Shown piece after piece: positions 62,456 to 64,000 of a DNA stretch of 64,000 nucleotides (position 1 is the first letter of the stretch; each line of letters opens with the position of its first letter). The stretch comes from an uncultured Candidatus Saccharibacteria bacterium. GTDB taxonomy: Bacteria > Patescibacteriota > Minisyncoccia > Phycocordibacterales > UBA12088. The notes under the pieces were generated by a model. It did no database searches. It saw only the letters and a program-made list of their open reading frames with translations, and was not told where the DNA came from. Location: NCBI GenBank assembly GCA_964531785.1, contig CAZHFF010000002.1, forward strand, positions 29,851 through 93,850, in the 5' to 3' direction. Both the position numbers and the translations under genes were made by a program.

Positions 62456-62947
62456 ATGGGTACAGTCGCACAACCGCGTTCGCTCCTTCGGTCCCGAAGC
62501 GGTTTTACGCTCATAGAGGCTCTGGTGGTCATTGCCCTACTGACGATACTCGCCGCAGTAAGCGTTGGTTCCCTACAGACATTCACCGATCGTGCTCAGG
62601 TGAACCGGGCAGCCAGGAGCATCGCGACCGCACTTGCAGATGCGCGGGCCCAGACACTGAGCTCCCGAGCGGATCTGCAGTACGGGGTCCACGTTGACGC
62701 GAACCAAGTGGTCGTGTTCGAAGGTGCCACCTACACCGCCGGAGCTGCCACGAACGATGTTCGCCCACTGAGCCCTAAGGTCGCCATTTCAAGCATCGCG
62801 CTTTCCGGAGGTGTGTCGGACGTTGTCTTTACACGGCTCTGGGGCAAGGCCTCCGCTTCAGGATCGATCACCGTTTCGCTGGCGACGAACGCAGCCATCC
62901 AGAACGTGGTGTACGTGAATAGCGCGGGTCTCATAGACACACTTTAG
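62456..62947 (+). CDS. Prepilin-type N-terminal cleavage/methylation domain protein (pilin/pseudopilin)
   Basis: RSG/FTLIEALVVIALLTILAAV class III signal. Confidence 0.8.
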   Translation: MGTVAQPRSLLRSRSGFTLIEALVVIALLTILAAVSVGSLQTFTDRAQVNRAARSIATALADARAQTLSSRADLQYGVHVDANQVVVFEGATYTAGAATNDVRPLSPKVAISSIALSGGVSDVVFTRLWGKASASGSITVSLATNAAIQNVVYVNSAGLIDTL

Positions 62948-62950
62948 AAC

Positions 62951-63430
62951 ATGAAGAGCTCCAGCAAAGGAATGGGCATAATCGAAGTGATCGTGGTGAG
63001 CAGTATCGCCAGCGTCACGTTCGTGGCGCTACTTGCAGCAGCGGCATTCTACCTGCGCTGGGGCCTGTTCTCTGCTGAAAAGGTACAGGCCCTCTACCTG
63101 CTCGAGGAGTCAGCGGAGATCGCTCGTTTCATACGGAATGATGACTATGCGACCTTGATCGAGCCACTGATCGGCGTCGGACCGGTCCATCTTGAGCAGA
63201 CAGGGGCCGGCTGGGTAACCACTGCGACGCCGCAGTCCATACCTGGAGGGTTCGTGCGCACGATCGAGTTCACGGAGGTCTACCGGAGGTCGTCCGATCA
63301 CGACATCGTGCCAGCAAGCTCGCCGGAGGTAAAGGCTGTAGATTCGAAGACCGTGCGCATGACCGCACGGGTTGATTGGGGCAGTGGCGCGGAAACACTG
63401 ACTACGTACCTGACCGATCTCGCTCTGTGA
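62951..63430 (+). CDS. Pilin-like protein with degenerate prepilin signal
   Basis: KGMGIIEVIVVSSIASVTFVAL. Glu at position +5 is retained. Confidence 0.55.
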   Translation: MKSSSKGMGIIEVIVVSSIASVTFVALLAAAAFYLRWGLFSAEKVQALYLLEESAEIARFIRNDDYATLIEPLIGVGPVHLEQTGAGWVTTATPQSIPGGFVRTIEFTEVYRRSSDHDIVPASSPEVKAVDSKTVRMTARVDWGSGAETLTTYLTDLAL

Positions 63431-63435
63431 CCAGT

Positions 63436-63954
63436 ATGCACCTCACACGCTACACCTTGCACATGAGCCGTACCATGAATCGCGGGTTCACCCTTGTAGA
63501 GCTCATCGTGTACGTTGCGCTCACCGCCCTGCTCGCGAGTGCACTGGTCGTTTCAACCGTCTCGATACAGGAAACACTGCTCTACATGAAAGCGACCCAC
63601 AAGCTCACCGCGAGCGGGTACACGACGCTCGAACGGGTAACCCGGGACATCCGCTTTGCGTCCGGCATCGACCTCGGGGGAAGCGTCCTCGAGAGCAGCC
63701 CCGGCACACTGGTTCTGAACCTGCCGACAGGAAGCGTCACGTTCGCGGTAGTCGGCGGGAAGGTGACCGTTCGTGAGGGTGCGGGTGCGCAGGTTCCGCT
63801 CACGACGGATCGCGTGAACGTTGACCTGCTCCGGTTCACCAGGATGCACCACGCGCGAGCCGAGGGCATCTTGGTCGAGCTTCGCCTCTCGTCCTCGGTA
63901 CGGGGAACGACACTTGAGAAGCATTTCAGGACGTTCGTGCAGCTCGATGGATAG
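63436..63954 (+). CDS. Prepilin-type N-terminal cleavage/methylation domain protein
   Basis: MNRG/FTLVELIVYVALTALLASALV. Possible starts at 63436, 63463 or 63475; the track ORF's 5' part overlaps the previous gene. Confidence 0.75.
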   Translation: MHLTRYTLHMSRTMNRGFTLVELIVYVALTALLASALVVSTVSIQETLLYMKATHKLTASGYTTLERVTRDIRFASGIDLGGSVLESSPGTLVLNLPTGSVTFAVVGGKVTVREGAGAQVPLTTDRVNVDLLRFTRMHHARAEGILVELRLSSSVRGTTLEKHFRTFVQLDG

Positions 63955-64000
63955 TATGACAAAAATACATGAAGAACCGAGGTATATGGGTGGTCAGGCG

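Noticed and set aside
1-64000. A search by eye for CRISPR arrays, rRNA genes, IS elements, transposases, integrases, toxin-antitoxin pairs, restriction-modification genes and known defence genes.
   Set aside because: I found no regularly spaced repeats, no rRNA signatures, and no DDE, tyrosine- or serine-recombinase motifs in any credible ORF. Absence is stated only at the resolution of manual inspection.

Overview
The window is a gene-dense 64-kb chromosomal segment, visibly GC-rich by eye (not computed). Most of the track's ORFs are antisense shadows of real genes. It starts at the replication-origin neighbourhood, with dnaA on the minus strand and rpmH-rnpA-yidC-jag on the plus strand. The gene content suggests a small-genome Patescibacteria/CPR-like bacterium, which is inference only: a minimal Gram-positive-style type IV secretion-like operon, a type IV pilus block, comM, DUF5667-like helical membrane proteins, and orphan fragments of biosynthetic pathways.

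Main blocks:
1. 39-5943: origin-proximal core genes, with an SPFH-like gene and a membrane gene inserted between dnaA and rpmH.
2. 5961-18229: a 12-gene minus-strand T4SS-like operon. It includes a VirB2-like pilin, PrgI/VirB3-like, VirB4 and VirB6-like proteins, plus secreted proteins with Pro/Gly/Thr tails.
3. 18.5-26.2 kb: housekeeping genes (rsmA, uvrD/pcrA, a LysM-M23 peptidase, GNAT, a purC-like gene).
4. 26232-28895: a roughly 2-kb AT-richer insertion behind comM, bracketed by perfect 319-bp direct repeats. It carries a graspetide-type ATP-grasp ligase and an untracked 53-codon candidate precursor. This is the most interesting locus in the window.
5. 30-44 kb: dksA-like, pnp, NYN, rpsO, xth, cca, tRNAs, and an ECF sigma with an anti-sigma-like partner.
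6. 44604-47437: an untracked 52-codon acidic peptide ORF translationally coupled to a GCS2-type carboxylate-amine ligase, followed by two orphan genes and an M20 peptidase.
7. 47.5-59 kb: rarA, a cobalamin-riboswitch-like leader ahead of a solitary ECF-S-like transporter, HD, HIT, hup, PDT, rny, clpP, tig, ppa, nusA.
8. 59.4-64 kb: pilB, pilC and three prepilin genes.

Five tRNAs were folded by hand. I saw no rRNA, CRISPR array, transposase or integrase. All protein calls rest on motif-level recognition by eye. No alignments, HMM searches or statistics were run.
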